This document shows, piece by piece, positions 50,023-61,196 of a stretch of 64,000 nucleotides of DNA; position 1 is the first letter of the stretch; each line of letters opens with the position of its first letter. The notes under the pieces are model-generated. The model was not told the DNA's origin, ran no database searches, and saw only the letters and a list, made by a program, of their open reading frames with translations. The position numbers and the translations under genes are program-made. This DNA comes from an uncultured Spirochaetota bacterium (GTDB lineage Bacteria > Spirochaetota > Brevinematia > Brevinematales > JAOACQ01): contig CAWIGG010000002.1 of assembly GCA_963835575.1 (NCBI GenBank), positions 1,472,001-1,536,000 on the forward strand. Direction: 5' to 3'.

Positions 50023-50892
50023 ATGAATCAAGGCTCCTGCGGGATCGCCGTTCTCTATTTCAACAAGCCGGCCATTACAAAGCGCTGTATCGCTTCAATC
50101 CTGAAAGCCGGCTATCGGCTGGGTTACGTCTTCGCTTTTGACAATGCATCCAGTCTTGAATGCTCGGAAGAAATAAAACAAGAATTTCCAGATATTAATC
50201 ATCTTCGTATTGAGAAGAATAAAGGTTATTCCGGCGGTTTTAACCGCGCGCTTCAATGGCTTTTTTCGCGGGGTTTTGATTCCGCTCTCTTCTGTACAAA
50301 CGATACGATCGTCTATCCCGGCGCCGCAGAAGAGAGCCTGGCCGCCGCAAAGGCTTCCGGAGCGGAAATAGCCGCTCCATGCATAATATACCTGAACCGG
50401 GAGAATGAGATTGATTCCATAGGCGGCTTTTTTGATATTGACGGCTTTACGCTCCGGCATTACCATCAACCCGGTCTGCCTGAATTATTAATCCCATTTC
50501 AGGATTATGCCCCGGGCACCGCTTTATGGCTGTCAGTAAAAGCCTTTGAAAGCCTGAACGGTATGGACGAATCCTTCTTTACATACTGGGAGGACGCGGA
50601 CTTCTGCTTCCGCGCCCATCAGAATAATATAAAAATCGCCCGCAGTTACGGGACCAAAATCGGCCATGCGGTCGGCAAGACATGCCACAAAAAACCTCTC
50701 TATACAGCTTTTTATTTTCAAAGGAACCGGGTCCGCTTCTGCGGCCGCTACCTTGAAGGAACCCAGAGAAAAACAGCCCGGCTGCTGATTGAAGCAGAGA
50801 TTGATGCCCTCGAGAAAAAGTGGAGAATTAAAAATGATGCAAACCGGATAAAATACCTTCCCGAAATTCATAAAGAACTGGATTCTCTTTAA
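50023..50892 (+). CDS. Glycosyltransferase family 2
   Basis: FDNAS, NKGYSGGFN, NDT, DESFFTYWEDADFC. Confidence 0.9.
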   Translation: MNQGSCGIAVLYFNKPAITKRCIASILKAGYRLGYVFAFDNASSLECSEEIKQEFPDINHLRIEKNKGYSGGFNRALQWLFSRGFDSALFCTNDTIVYPGAAEESLAAAKASGAEIAAPCIIYLNRENEIDSIGGFFDIDGFTLRHYHQPGLPELLIPFQDYAPGTALWLSVKAFESLNGMDESFFTYWEDADFCFRAHQNNIKIARSYGTKIGHAVGKTCHKKPLYTAFYFQRNRVRFCGRYLEGTQRKTARLLIEAEIDALEKKWRIKNDANRIKYLPEIHKELDSL

Positions 50893-51643
50893 AAGCATTT
50901 GCCGCTTCCCATGTGCCCAGGTCAAAATAATCATAAAGCTTGAAGGATAAGGGCGGATAAAAATTTGTTTTCTCCAATACCGCTTTCTGATGTAAAACAG
51001 ATTTTCTCAGGAATTCATACAGCCCGCCCGCCGCTTCTCTTCTGAAACCGTAGCATGCCCAGAAGCCGTTATAGCGGGAAAAATTCCTCTCCGGTTTGTC
51101 CTGAAAGGCGATTACCCGTCCGTTTTTAGAATAAAGAGCGCCCAGGCTTCTCAGCCTTTCCGTATCGGCGCAGGGCACATAGCCGAACACAGCGGCGCCT
51201 TTATTCAGCCTTTTCATGGCTATTTCAACCAGGCAATCGCCTTTATTATCAGTAAACGGATAGCCTTTAGAAAGCAGTATCACAGAGTCCGGTAATAGGA
51301 CAAGATTATTATCTGAAAATACCGATTCCGCCGAATAAACCGATCCCGGCCATTCATAATAACTGTCGTTAAAATAAACCATTGCCGCTTTCATGCCGCT
51401 GAAGCGGCTTTTGACATATTCAAAAACATCTTCCTTGCCCTTCCTGACGACAACGGCAATCCCTGCTCTTTCCATAAAAGAAGGACTTTTTTCAACAGCT
51501 TTTTTAATATGCATGAGAGAAAAATCGATTAATTTCAGCCCCGGGATTATTTCATACAGCTCTTTAGGTGTTTTTAAGCCCAGTCGTCTGCCTTCTCCTG
51601 CGCAGGGTATAATAAGTGTTAAATCTTTCTTTAAACCATCCAT
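50828..51643 (-). CDS. Nucleotidyltransferase (NTP_transferase, RmlA-like)
   Basis: IIPCAGEGRRL..PKEL, LPD, FQDKP, YFDLGT. Confidence 0.8.
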   Translation of the reverse strand: MDGLKKDLTLIIPCAGEGRRLGLKTPKELYEIIPGLKLIDFSLMHIKKAVEKSPSFMERAGIAVVVRKGKEDVFEYVKSRFSGMKAAMVYFNDSYYEWPGSVYSAESVFSDNNLVLLPDSVILLSKGYPFTDNKGDCLVEIAMKRLNKGAAVFGYVPCADTERLRSLGALYSKNGRVIAFQDKPERNFSRYNGFWACYGFRREAAGGLYEFLRKSVLHQKAVLEKTNFYPPLSFKLYDYFDLGTWEAANAFKENPVLYEFREGILSGLHHF

Positions 51644-51718
51644 ATAGCCGCCATTAATATATAAAAATATGAAAAAAGATAAAGCCGATCCCGGTTTCTG
51701 TCAAAAATAATATATAAA

Positions 51719-53002
51719 GGGCGGTTTTAAAAACCGCCTAATTTATCAACACTTCCCTGATAATAGAAAATATTTTCAAAATATTTCTGCCAACAGGTTA
51801 AAAACTGTTTCTATTACCAAAATTCAGGCAAACACGGGCAATATTATCCATATCTTCTGCATTTTAAGCCGCACAAGACGCAATTCGACCTTTTACCACA
51901 ACATACCGTGCTAAATTATAAACCAGATTCATCAGCCCGATTTGGCTCTCTGCCCTTTCTTTTCCTATCGATCGTATTGTACTGCCGTTCATACTATTTT
52001 CAACAAAACCAAAAACATGCTCAACACGAACTCGGATGCGGCTCTTTCTTCTATTTTTTTCTTTCTGCTTCTCCGTCAATGGCTTATTTCTGTATCCTTT
52101 TTCGTGAATCCGGTTTTTCATCTCAAATTTTTCTAATATTCCTGCTACCGTTGGGCCAACATATGCGCTGTCCGCGTAAAACGGCTTCCCTTTGTCTTTC
52201 TCATTCAATAGAGGTTCAACTACCTGTGAATCGTGAACGCTCGCATCTGTCGTGACATAAGAACGAATAAGTTTTGACTTCACATCAACCTTTGTATGGT
52301 TTTTGTATCCGTAATGCCTCTCTTTATTCTTGGTCATCCAGCGCGCATCCGTGTCTTTATGGGAAAGCTTATGCGTATTATCTTTCCAATCTTCCGGAAC
52401 CTCGCCTTCTTTTATTTTCTTGTTTTCTTCGCGGCTGTTCCTCTGCCGGGGAACATCCACAAAACTTGCGTCTACCATAACGCCCGCTTTCCCTATCACA
52501 CCTTTATTCTCAAGATTCTCATCGAATATTTTAAAAAGTTTCTCTATTGCTTTCGCTTTCATCAGTTTTTCCTTGAATTCCCAGATTTTACTGTAGTCCG
52601 GAACTTTGTCCGAAAGTGTTATCCCAAGATATCGCTGAACGGATAACCTGTCATTGATCTGAAATTCCGCTTGCTCATCGGAAAGATTGTAATACCTCTG
52701 GAATATCAGTATCTTGAACATGAAAACATAGTCATAATGTGGCGCTCCGCCCGGCGCCTTCTGCTCTTTCGGCGCCAAAATCTCTGTTAACAGCGGCCGG
52801 AACATCTCAAAGTCTACAACCCTGTTAAGCTTATCCAGCGGTGTTTTTACGCCGCTTAGCTTTTCCATCCGCTCCTGATATTCAAACAAGTTACGGTCTT
52901 TCCGCTTAATTTTTGTCATAGCCTTACCTCTGTTTTCTTTGACTATGATTATATGTTTTTATATACTATTTGTATATGATACGTGGGTTTTTCAAACCGC
53001 CC
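51719..53002 (-). mobile_element. IS5-family insertion sequence, type A, copy 2 (1284 bp)
   Basis: Same TIRs as copy 1; TAAA TSD at 51715-18 and 53003-06. Confidence 0.92.
51864..52919 (-). CDS. IS5 family transposase
   Basis: Protein identical to 13716-14771. Confidence 0.95.
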   Translation of the reverse strand: MTKIKRKDRNLFEYQERMEKLSGVKTPLDKLNRVVDFEMFRPLLTEILAPKEQKAPGGAPHYDYVFMFKILIFQRYYNLSDEQAEFQINDRLSVQRYLGITLSDKVPDYSKIWEFKEKLMKAKAIEKLFKIFDENLENKGVIGKAGVMVDASFVDVPRQRNSREENKKIKEGEVPEDWKDNTHKLSHKDTDARWMTKNKERHYGYKNHTKVDVKSKLIRSYVTTDASVHDSQVVEPLLNEKDKGKPFYADSAYVGPTVAGILEKFEMKNRIHEKGYRNKPLTEKQKEKNRRKSRIRVRVEHVFGFVENSMNGSTIRSIGKERAESQIGLMNLVYNLARYVVVKGRIASCAA

Positions 53003-53223
53003 TAAAATCATTCACTGGATATTTCACAAAATAAATATTTTGCTTTATAATTTTATCTGTATTTTATCAGGTCCTATTGATATAGGGTGCCTGCCATTTA
53101 TTACAGAATTAATAAAAAAACATAAACAGCTTTAGTGTCCTGCTTTCATCATTTATCTTGACGATTTAGCGGTTTTTTATTATATTCTACCATTAAATTA
53201 TTATAATATTAAGGAGAAGAAAT

Positions 53224-54852
53224 ATGGCAAAAGAGTTATTATTTTCAAGTGATGCCCATCAGAAGATACTTGCCGGCGTAGAGAAATTATCAAAGGCAGT
53301 GGGCGCCACATTAGGACCCCGCGGGCGGAATGTCGTCATCGATAAAAAATTCGGCGCCCCGACAATTACCCGCGACGGCGTTACAGTCGCGAAAGAAATC
53401 GAGCTTGAGGACAAGTTCGAGAACATGGGAGCCCAGCTTCTCAAAGAAGTCGCCACAAAAACAAATGACATCGCGGGCGACGGGACCACGACCGCTACCG
53501 TTCTGGCCCATGCTATTATTAAAGAAGGCTTTAAAAACGTGACGGCCGGAAGCAACCCCACCCTCATCAAGAAGGGAATTGATAAGGCAGTCGCAAAAGT
53601 TGTTGATGAGATTAAAAAGAACTCGAAGGCTGTTTCAGGAAGGGAAGAGATCCGCGATGTAGCTGCTATTTCGGCCAATAATGACCCTGCGATCGGCGAA
53701 TATATCGCAGACGCGATGGACAAGGTTGGAAAAGACGGCGTCATTACCGTTGAAGAATCCAAGTCAATGGACACATTTGTCGAAGTTGTCGAAGGTATGC
53801 AGTTCGACAGGGGTTACCTCTCTCTTTACATGGTAACCAACGCTGAGAATATGACCGCTGAACTGGAAGACCCTTTTATCCTGATCTATGACAAGAAGAT
53901 TTCTTCATTGAAGGAAATCGTGCCTCTGCTTGAAAAGATCGCTCAGAGCGGCAAGCCGCTTCTGATCATCGCCGAGGATGTTGAAGGCGAAGCCCTCGCG
54001 ACATTGATCGTCAATAAACTAAGAGGCACATTGAACTGCGTCGCTGTCAAAGCCCCGGCTTTCGGAGACAGAAGAAAGGCAATGCTTGAAGACATCGCCG
54101 TTCTGACCAAGGCCCAGGTTATTTCTGATGAAAAAGGCATGAAGATAGAAAACGCGACTTTGAACGATCTCGGCCATGCCAAGAAAGTTAAAGTTGATAA
54201 AGATAATACCGTTATCGTAGACGGAGCCGGATCAAAAGAAGACATCCAAGCCCGGATTAAACAGATCAAAAAGCAGATCGAAGACACGACATCCGATTAT
54301 GATAAAGAAAAACTTCAGGAAAGACTTGCCAAGATTTCAGGCGGCGTCGCCGTTATCAAAGTCGGCGCGGCCACTGAAGTAGAATTAAAAGAGAAAAAGG
54401 CGAGAGTTGAAGACGCTCTATCAGCCACAAAAGCGGCGATAGAAGAAGGCATCGTGTCCGGCGGCGGCCTTGCTTTGCTCAAGTGCCAGAAAGTTCTAAA
54501 TAATGTAAAAGCCGATAATCCTGAAGAACAGGTCGGTATAGACATTATCAGGAAAGCCCTGGAAGCTCCGATGAGAATGATCGCCGATAATGCCGGCATC
54601 GATGGATCGGTTATTGTTTACAAAGCGAAGGAAGCAAAAGAAGGGATCGGCTATAACGCCCTGACGGATGAATGGGTTGATATGGTCAAAGCCGGCATCA
54701 TTGACCCGGCCAAAGTGGAAAGGACAGCCCTTCAGAACGCCGCGAGTATAACCGGCCTCCTGCTTATCACGGAAGTTATGATTACAGACAAGCCGGAAAA
54801 AGAAAAGATGCCTCAAATGCCCGGCGGCGGCGGTATGGGCGATATGTATTAA
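53224..54852 (+). CDS. groEL: Chaperonin GroEL
   Basis: [27 protein letters not shown] tail. Confidence 0.98.
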   Translation: MAKELLFSSDAHQKILAGVEKLSKAVGATLGPRGRNVVIDKKFGAPTITRDGVTVAKEIELEDKFENMGAQLLKEVATKTNDIAGDGTTTATVLAHAIIKEGFKNVTAGSNPTLIKKGIDKAVAKVVDEIKKNSKAVSGREEIRDVAAISANNDPAIGEYIADAMDKVGKDGVITVEESKSMDTFVEVVEGMQFDRGYLSLYMVTNAENMTAELEDPFILIYDKKISSLKEIVPLLEKIAQSGKPLLIIAEDVEGEALATLIVNKLRGTLNCVAVKAPAFGDRRKAMLEDIAVLTKAQVISDEKGMKIENATLNDLGHAKKVKVDKDNTVIVDGAGSKEDIQARIKQIKKQIEDTTSDYDKEKLQERLAKISGGVAVIKVGAATEVELKEKKARVEDALSATKAAIEEGIVSGGGLALLKCQKVLNNVKADNPEEQVGIDIIRKALEAPMRMIADNAGIDGSVIVYKAKEAKEGIGYNALTDEWVDMVKAGIIDPAKVERTALQNAASITGLLLITEVMITDKPEKEKMPQMPGGGGMGDMY

Positions 54853-54863
54853 AGATTTTTATA

Positions 54864-54893
54864 AAAAAGGCGGCTTTAAAAAGCCGCCTTTTT
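54864..54893. terminator. Bidirectional intrinsic terminator
   Basis: aaaaaggcggcttt-aa-aaagccgccttttt between convergent groEL and batD. Confidence 0.85.
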
Positions 54894-54900
54894 CTTTTCT

Positions 54901-56592
54901 CTAATGGACGCTTCCAAATACCGTTTCTGCCTTTTTTAAAAGAATATCAAGATCGGCCTTGATTATTTTCCCGCTGTAAGCGCCGGTCATGCATTCCTCA
55001 TTGATCTCTTTTACCGCGCTGATCACCTCATCCTGAAAATTCCTTTCTTTTAAACATGTTAATAATTCCCTGAAAGGAATGCCCTGAGGAAGACGGAGTT
55101 TATCAGTAAGATAATAAAAAACACCTTTTTGAAGGGCAACATAAAAAGAAGGATAATCGCCTTTCTCGTAACTTTTACGGGCATCGGAGAGATAGCGGGA
55201 AAACTTTTTTCCCGCCAGAAAATTTCTCGCGTAATCAAGATCGGTCCGCATCCTGGTCTTGTGCCTGCCGTAAAACCAAGAGGCGACCGGCAACATTATA
55301 AAAAGAACCAATATTAATATAACCAGAGGATTAAAGAGAAGGAACTGGAAATTCTCCGGCCTGCCGATATTTTTGTAATGATATTCTTTTTGAGCCGCAA
55401 TATTTTTGTTATCCAGAACTTTTAGAGAGAAAGAACCGATTTCCGCTGCCCTGGGCTTGATGTTTCTATCGTAATAGTTTATCTTAACGGGCGGGATTGC
55501 ATAGTCTCCCGCTTTCTGCGCGAGTATTTTATATTTTATCTCCTGTTCGAAAACGGCTGTGCCGTTTTTAAAAGACTGGAGCTTCAACTGGGTTTCGGGC
55601 GAGGATATAAATAATCCGTCGATTTTTAAATCGCCGTAGGGATTTGACAGAGATTTTAAATTTCCATCGCCTTTCATCCTGACCGTCAGTTCAATATCTT
55701 TGCCGGCATCAATCCGGCCGGCGGGCTTATCCCTCTCTACTTCCAGATTGCCGATATAGGAAATGCCCGATTCCTCTTTCAATCGCACCGAATTGACCGC
55801 AACGGCATCCCCTAAAACCCTCAGCTGGCCGTACGGAGTTACGGCAATCAGAGAGGGAGGCGACACAGCCACCTGGCCCGCCTCTATCGGGAAAAGGACA
55901 ATTCTTTCATAAAGCTTCCGGTAAAAATTTCCGTCCCTGACAACCTGCATTTGATTGGAAGGTATGGCCGGGGTCAGATCGATTAAAAACGCCTTATCGG
56001 TCCTGACGGGGACCGTTTCCTTGTATTCATAATCAAAAGCGTCCTTATCGGAAGAAAGCAGATAGACATCCACCACAACCTGCTGGTTCTGATACGCCGA
56101 ATTCAGCGAAGGGACCAGCCTGACGAAAATCTCCGGCACTTTTTCCTTTTCATTAAATAATTCCTCAAAAGGAGAGAAAATGCCGCCGCTGCCCTTGTTC
56201 TTTTTCTTCGCTCCCTTAACCACCTTCAATGCGAGGCTTTTTGTAAAGTAAGACTGCTGATTGATGGTGACCTCAAACGGGGGAATTTCCAGCGTCCCCG
56301 TCTTTTTCGGTGATAGGAGAAAAGTATAGGTAAAACTCGTTTTCTGCGTCACTTTTCCGTTGATGATAGACACCTGAGAGTTCTGGGACTGCCCCGCCTG
56401 GGCAAGATCAAAGCCCTTGGACTTAGGCGGTTTGATTTTCTGAGCCTGCTGGTTCAATTCGACCGTGATCTCGGCCTGCTCGTTCAGTCCTATCTCGTCC
56501 TGATCGATAGAGACGGAAACGGAAGGCGCTTCGGAGAATAAAAGCGCGGGAAATAATAAAAGGAATAATATTCTTAAGAAGTTCTTAATCAT
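54901..56592 (-). CDS. BatD family protein
   Basis: Signal peptide, SIINGK..TYTF..P...G...IPP repeats, GDGNL, C-terminal TM. Confidence 0.85.
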   Translation of the reverse strand: MIKNFLRILFLLLFPALLFSEAPSVSVSIDQDEIGLNEQAEITVELNQQAQKIKPPKSKGFDLAQAGQSQNSQVSIINGKVTQKTSFTYTFLLSPKKTGTLEIPPFEVTINQQSYFTKSLALKVVKGAKKKNKGSGGIFSPFEELFNEKEKVPEIFVRLVPSLNSAYQNQQVVVDVYLLSSDKDAFDYEYKETVPVRTDKAFLIDLTPAIPSNQMQVVRDGNFYRKLYERIVLFPIEAGQVAVSPPSLIAVTPYGQLRVLGDAVAVNSVRLKEESGISYIGNLEVERDKPAGRIDAGKDIELTVRMKGDGNLKSLSNPYGDLKIDGLFISSPETQLKLQSFKNGTAVFEQEIKYKILAQKAGDYAIPPVKINYYDRNIKPRAAEIGSFSLKVLDNKNIAAQKEYHYKNIGRPENFQFLLFNPLVILILVLFIMLPVASWFYGRHKTRMRTDLDYARNFLAGKKFSRYLSDARKSYEKGDYPSFYVALQKGVFYYLTDKLRLPQGIPFRELLTCLKERNFQDEVISAVKEINEECMTGAYSGKIIKADLDILLKKAETVFGSVH

Positions 56593-56874
56593 AGTGACAT
56601 TACCTGTTTAATATGGCTTTATTATAAGCTATCTTATGAAAAAGAAAAAATATTTTCAAAATTTACAGTCAATTCCGAGCATTTTAGTCTATAATAATAT
56701 AGATACTGATAAAAGTGAAAACAAACTATATAAGAATCTTAATCTCGAACTGTAAGGATAGCTATAAATTGGAGGAGATTTATGATTACAAACCACATTT
56801 TATTATTAAATTCAATTGTAACAAATGTTGTGTTAAAAGCAATTGAAAAGTCAGACTGGATAACAATTTTGAAT

Positions 56875-58270
56875 GAGTTTTTGTCAAATGTTGTGTATGA
56901 CATACCCTCTCATTTTTTTATGCTGCCTTTTTTACAAGCTCTCCGTTCTCAAAAACAGCGCCTTCCAATACAAGGCAAATCTTTTCATAACCTCTTAATT
57001 TTCTCCATCGCCTGGATGCCTTATCCAGTAATTTATAGACCATTATTAGAATCGTTTCCCTGGTTCCGCAGCCTCTCATCTTTTTAGTTCTTAATCGAAC
57101 TGTAGAGAAGGTAGATTCTATTACGTTTGTCGTACGGATATGTACCCAATGTTCCGCCGGACAGTTATAAAATTCGATCATAAGCTCCCAATCTTTTTCT
57201 AAACATTCGACAGCTGCTGGATATTTAGGATTAAAAACCGCCTGGAATAATTCAAAAGCTTTGATAGCATTATCCTTATCAGGAGCATTGCATATCTCAT
57301 GAAGCATCTCTTTTGCCTTTGACTGTAATACTTTGGGCAGCTTGTTTAGAATGTTCTTTATCTTATGAACCCAGCATCTCTGCCATCTGGATTCAGGATA
57401 TACTTCTTTGGCTGCTTTCCAGAATCCAAGGCTTCCGTCTCCGATAAAAAGAATAGGACCTTTCAAACCTTTTTCTTTTAGGTTTCTTAATATCCCTAAC
57501 CAAGTCTCGGAATTCTCTCTGTAACCTTCTTCAACAAGAATAATCTCCTTTTCACCATTCTCATTGGCTCCGATCATTACAAGAGTGCATAAACGGTCTT
57601 CGCTGCCCTGTACATTGAAGTAAATGCCGTCAACCCATATATAGCAATACTTTTTATCGCTTAAATCGGATGTCCGCCACTCATCATATTCTTTACCCCA
57701 TCCTTGTTTCATTCTGCTTATACTTGAGGCTGATAATCCTTTCGCTTCTTCACCAAGCAATCCTCTCAAGGCATTCTCCATATCCATCTCTGAGACTCCA
57801 TAGAGATACAACAATGGAATGGCTTCCTCAATTCTCAGGCTTTTTCTCATATACGGCGGTACTATTAGGCTTTGAAAATTGTCGCCTCCGAGTCGGTTCC
57901 TTGTTCTCGGAATACATACATCAATAGCCCCTCCACCAATGAGAATCTGACGGGCTTTATGATACCCATTTCTTACTATTGCCTTTCTCCCGTCTTCGAT
58001 AGTTAAATGCTCTCTCTCCTGAAGAAACCCATTAATTTCATCTTCCAGAGCCTTCTTGATTATTTCCCTGGCCCCGATCCTTGCCAATTCTTCAAGACAT
58101 AAAAATTCTACTGTTTCATCTTGATTAAAAGCCTGTAAGAGCTTAAAATCTTCGTTGTGCTTCGGCATATGGCGTATTCCTCCTTTTGTTTATTGTCGTA
58201 AATAAATTATAGAGGGTACGCCATCTTTTTTATAATATTTATTCCTATACACAACTTTCTATTATAACTC
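56875..58270 (-). mobile_element. IS256-family element copy 2 (1396 bp)
   Basis: Imperfect TIRs starting GAGTT; 8-bp TSD ttttgaat at 56867-74 and 58271-78. Confidence 0.95.
56918..58168 (-). CDS. IS256 family transposase
   Basis: Same as 23909-25159 except one S/C change near the C-terminus. Confidence 0.95.
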   Translation of the reverse strand: MPKHNEDFKLLQAFNQDETVEFLCLEELARIGAREIIKKALEDEINGFLQEREHLTIEDGRKAIVRNGYHKARQILIGGGAIDVCIPRTRNRLGGDNFQSLIVPPYMRKSLRIEEAIPLLYLYGVSEMDMENALRGLLGEEAKGLSASSISRMKQGWGKEYDEWRTSDLSDKKYCYIWVDGIYFNVQGSEDRLCTLVMIGANENGEKEIILVEEGYRENSETWLGILRNLKEKGLKGPILFIGDGSLGFWKAAKEVYPESRWQRCWVHKIKNILNKLPKVLQSKAKEMLHEICNAPDKDNAIKAFELFQAVFNPKYPAAVECLEKDWELMIEFYNCPAEHWVHIRTTNVIESTFSTVRLRTKKMRGCGTRETILIMVYKLLDKASRRWRKLRGYEKICLVLEGAVFENGELVKKAA

Positions 58271-58883
58271 TTTTGAATATTTTAATAGCTTTATTTGCTT
58301 TAATATCTTCAATTATTGCTATATATATTTCTTCAAAAAATGCAAAAAGAACGATAGATTATACTATTTTGGATAAAATATTAAGTGAATATCGAACATT
58401 AGAAATGCATAGAAGCTTGAAATATATAATAAAGTATTATAAGGAGAATGGAGATGGAATTGGGGAACTTCTAAAGATAAAAATGAGTAATGATACTAAA
58501 TCGAATGAATTAAATTATTATACCGGTTTTTTGAATATAGAATTAGATTCTCATAGAAGATTTATAACTCATTTTTTCCGTAAAATCGCTGAATATGAAA
58601 AAAAAGGTTTTTTATCTGAGTATGACATTAGAGAAATATACGATCCAATTGATTTGGATTTTTTAAATAACATAATTATTCCAATAGAAAAATATATTTT
58701 AAGAAATAAACATGATAATAAAATCCAGACTAATAAAACTATTGATTTGCTTCAATATTTTTATGATAAATATGGCAGATTAGAAGTGCGTATTCCGGTG
58801 AAATGTGCCGGGGTTCCGGGCGAAATGTTACCACTTTTCAAAACACTAAAATTCCCAAAACATTTTAAGGCAGGTGGCATGTT

Positions 58884-59627
58884 TCATCCAGAATCTTTAG
58901 CATAAATTTTACGCATAGAATCAACCCCCTTCAATTCGATTTTAATAGCAGAATGATTTATCCTGTCACAGATTGCGTCAGCTATCGTAGGATCACCGAT
59001 TTTTTCAAACCAATCTTTTACCGGCAGCTGAGAAGTTATCAAAGTAGAGTTTTTACCATGCCGGTCCTCAAGCATTTCCAGAAGAGACAATCTTGAGGGT
59101 GTATCAAGAATTTCAAGACCAAAATCATCCAGTATCAATAAATCCTGCTTCTGGATAAAATTCATTTCTTTTGAGTAACTACCTTCCGCTTTTGCGAATT
59201 TTAACCGGGTAAAAATCTTCAAACAGTTGAAATAAAGGGTCCTGTAGCCCTGCCGGCAAGCCTGATTACCGAAAGCTGATGCAAGATAGCTTTTCCCGCT
59301 GCCGGTAGCGCCTGTAATAATCATATTTTCTTTCTTTCGTATCCAATCACAATTCGAAAGCCTCAATATCAGATTTTTATCCAGTTCTCTATCCGCACGG
59401 TAAGAAAGATTCTCCAGACCAGCCTGATATCTGAAACGCCCTCTTTTGATTAAAGATGACAGTTTCCGATTATACCTTTCGTCCCATTCCGAATCCACAA
59501 GATGCGCAATTGTTTCATCGGCAGTCAGGCCGTCAGGCGTTTTACCGGCAATGATATCCTCAAACGCCCTGGACATCCCATGCAGTTTCATCTTCTGCAT
59601 TTTTTCAATAGTTGCTTCATTGGTCAT
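58884..59627 (-). CDS. istB: IS21 helper ATPase
   Basis: GATGSGKS, LLILDDFG, TSQ, DAICDR. Confidence 0.95.
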   Translation of the reverse strand: MTNEATIEKMQKMKLHGMSRAFEDIIAGKTPDGLTADETIAHLVDSEWDERYNRKLSSLIKRGRFRYQAGLENLSYRADRELDKNLILRLSNCDWIRKKENMIITGATGSGKSYLASAFGNQACRQGYRTLYFNCLKIFTRLKFAKAEGSYSKEMNFIQKQDLLILDDFGLEILDTPSRLSLLEMLEDRHGKNSTLITSQLPVKDWFEKIGDPTIADAICDRINHSAIKIELKGVDSMRKIYAKDSG

Positions 59628-59639
59628 ATTCAGTTCCTC

Positions 59640-61196
59640 CTATTCAAAATATTCTCTTCCGCGGATATTTTCATGCATCTTAACGGCCGGAAACAGTACC
59701 GATTCTTCCTCAAAATTATCCAGGCCTTTCTCCAGAATCCGCTTTATTCCCTGATATGAATAATACTGAAAATCAAGCGCCCGTTTACAGGCTTTATCGA
59801 GCCTTTCTTTTCCGAGTTTTTTGGCCAGGCTTAAGATGCCCAGACAGACCTTATATGCCTGTTCTGGATAATCCCTGCTTTGCAGGACTCTCTTTATCAT
59901 TTCTTCAACATCCGGACCAAGCGACTTACCCCAATGTGTTAACTTCTCCGGATTCCAGTCTCCGACCCACCTGTGATGGGGCGGCATATGTTCATGTGTG
60001 GTTGTATAAACTTGCTTTCTACGGTCCCGTGGATAGGCTGCAATGCGGATATTATCAACAAATATTTCCACTGTCCGATCGGAAGTAACAATATCTGCCA
60101 TTTTGCCTCTATATCGATATGGAACGCTGTAGTAATGAGAATCTTCTTTGAGACAGACATGATAGTTGAATTGGATCTTAGCTTTTGAGAAGCTTTTAAA
60201 ACTGTATCTTTCCTTCGGAAGCGGTTTTAACTCTTTCCGTTCTGTTTCCTCGAAAAATTCCCGCCTGCTGACTTTGAGCTTCTGCATCTTCTTTGAATTA
60301 TAGATTCCCAATTGTTCCCGTATAGCAATATTCAATTCTCCCAGAGTATAAAAAACTCTATTCCTGAGAACGGCAAATATCCAGCTGTAGGTGATTTTTA
60401 CGGCGTTTTCAACGTGTGCTTTATCTCGCGGTTTATATGGTCTTGCAGGGAGGGGACACATAGAATAATGTCTGCAAAAATTCTGAAATTCAGAATTAAT
60501 TGCAGGTTCATATTTATTGCCCAACGTTACAGCGCTTTTTAAACAATCGGGTATTATGGCTCTTGGTGATCCTCCGAAGTAATACAACGCGTTCTCGATA
60601 GCCCTGATTAAGTCTTCTTTCTTCTGGCTATCCGTCGCTTCCACATATGTATACTGGCTTGCTCCAAGAATGGCTACGAATACCTCTTTCTCTATAACTT
60701 CTCCTGTGGAACGGTCTACAATCGGAAATTTCGCGCCGGTAAAATCAACAAAAAGCTTGTCTCCGGCCTTGTATTCCTGGTGCATGGATATTTCAAGAGA
60801 ACCTTTCCAGATGCCGTAGTGATAGCAGAATTGAGAATAGCGATAGCCTCCTGGATATTTTCTCAGGTATTCTTCCCAAAGCAATCTCAGATTGACGCCT
60901 GTACGCAGTAGTTCCTTACTGTATTCGGGGAATTCATTGTACAGATTATCCTTTTCGGTTTCTTCCTGACTGTCACCTTCTGCCATCGATTCGAAAATTT
61001 CAATTAAAGCAGAATCGCTCATTTCATAAATTTCCGCGATGGTTAGGCCGCTTTTTTCAAACCTGGATATATATCTTTGCACGGTTGGCCTGGAAATATC
61101 CAGGGCCTTTGATGTCACACGGCAGCTCAGGCCGTTTTCTTTGATCATCCGGATCACTTCCCGGATTTTCTTCATAGGCTTCCTCCTGTTCGGCAT
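59640..61196 (-). CDS. istA: IS21 transposase
   Basis: N-terminal HTH, YSQFC, FVDF, PDCLKSAV, PRDKAHVE, YSVP. Confidence 0.95.
   Translation of the reverse strand: MPNRRKPMKKIREVIRMIKENGLSCRVTSKALDISRPTVQRYISRFEKSGLTIAEIYEMSDSALIEIFESMAEGDSQEETEKDNLYNEFPEYSKELLRTGVNLRLLWEEYLRKYPGGYRYSQFCYHYGIWKGSLEISMHQEYKAGDKLFVDFTGAKFPIVDRSTGEVIEKEVFVAILGASQYTYVEATDSQKKEDLIRAIENALYYFGGSPRAIIPDCLKSAVTLGNKYEPAINSEFQNFCRHYSMCPLPARPYKPRDKAHVENAVKITYSWIFAVLRNRVFYTLGELNIAIREQLGIYNSKKMQKLKVSRREFFEETERKELKPLPKERYSFKSFSKAKIQFNYHVCLKEDSHYYSVPYRYRGKMADIVTSDRTVEIFVDNIRIAAYPRDRRKQVYTTTHEHMPPHHRWVGDWNPEKLTHWGKSLGPDVEEMIKRVLQSRDYPEQAYKVCLGILSLAKKLGKERLDKACKRALDFQYYSYQGIKRILEKGLDNFEEESVLFPAVKMHENIRGREYFE

Noticed and set aside
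13571..53002. Composite transposon formed by the two co-oriented IS5 copies
   Set aside because: Enclosed DNA contains core genes (ftsAZ, ddl, thyX, tRNA); the shared TAAA is explained by target preference.
58787..58905. C-terminal ~39 aa of ORF 58273-58905
   Set aside because: Read-through into the IS21 end, not native coding sequence.
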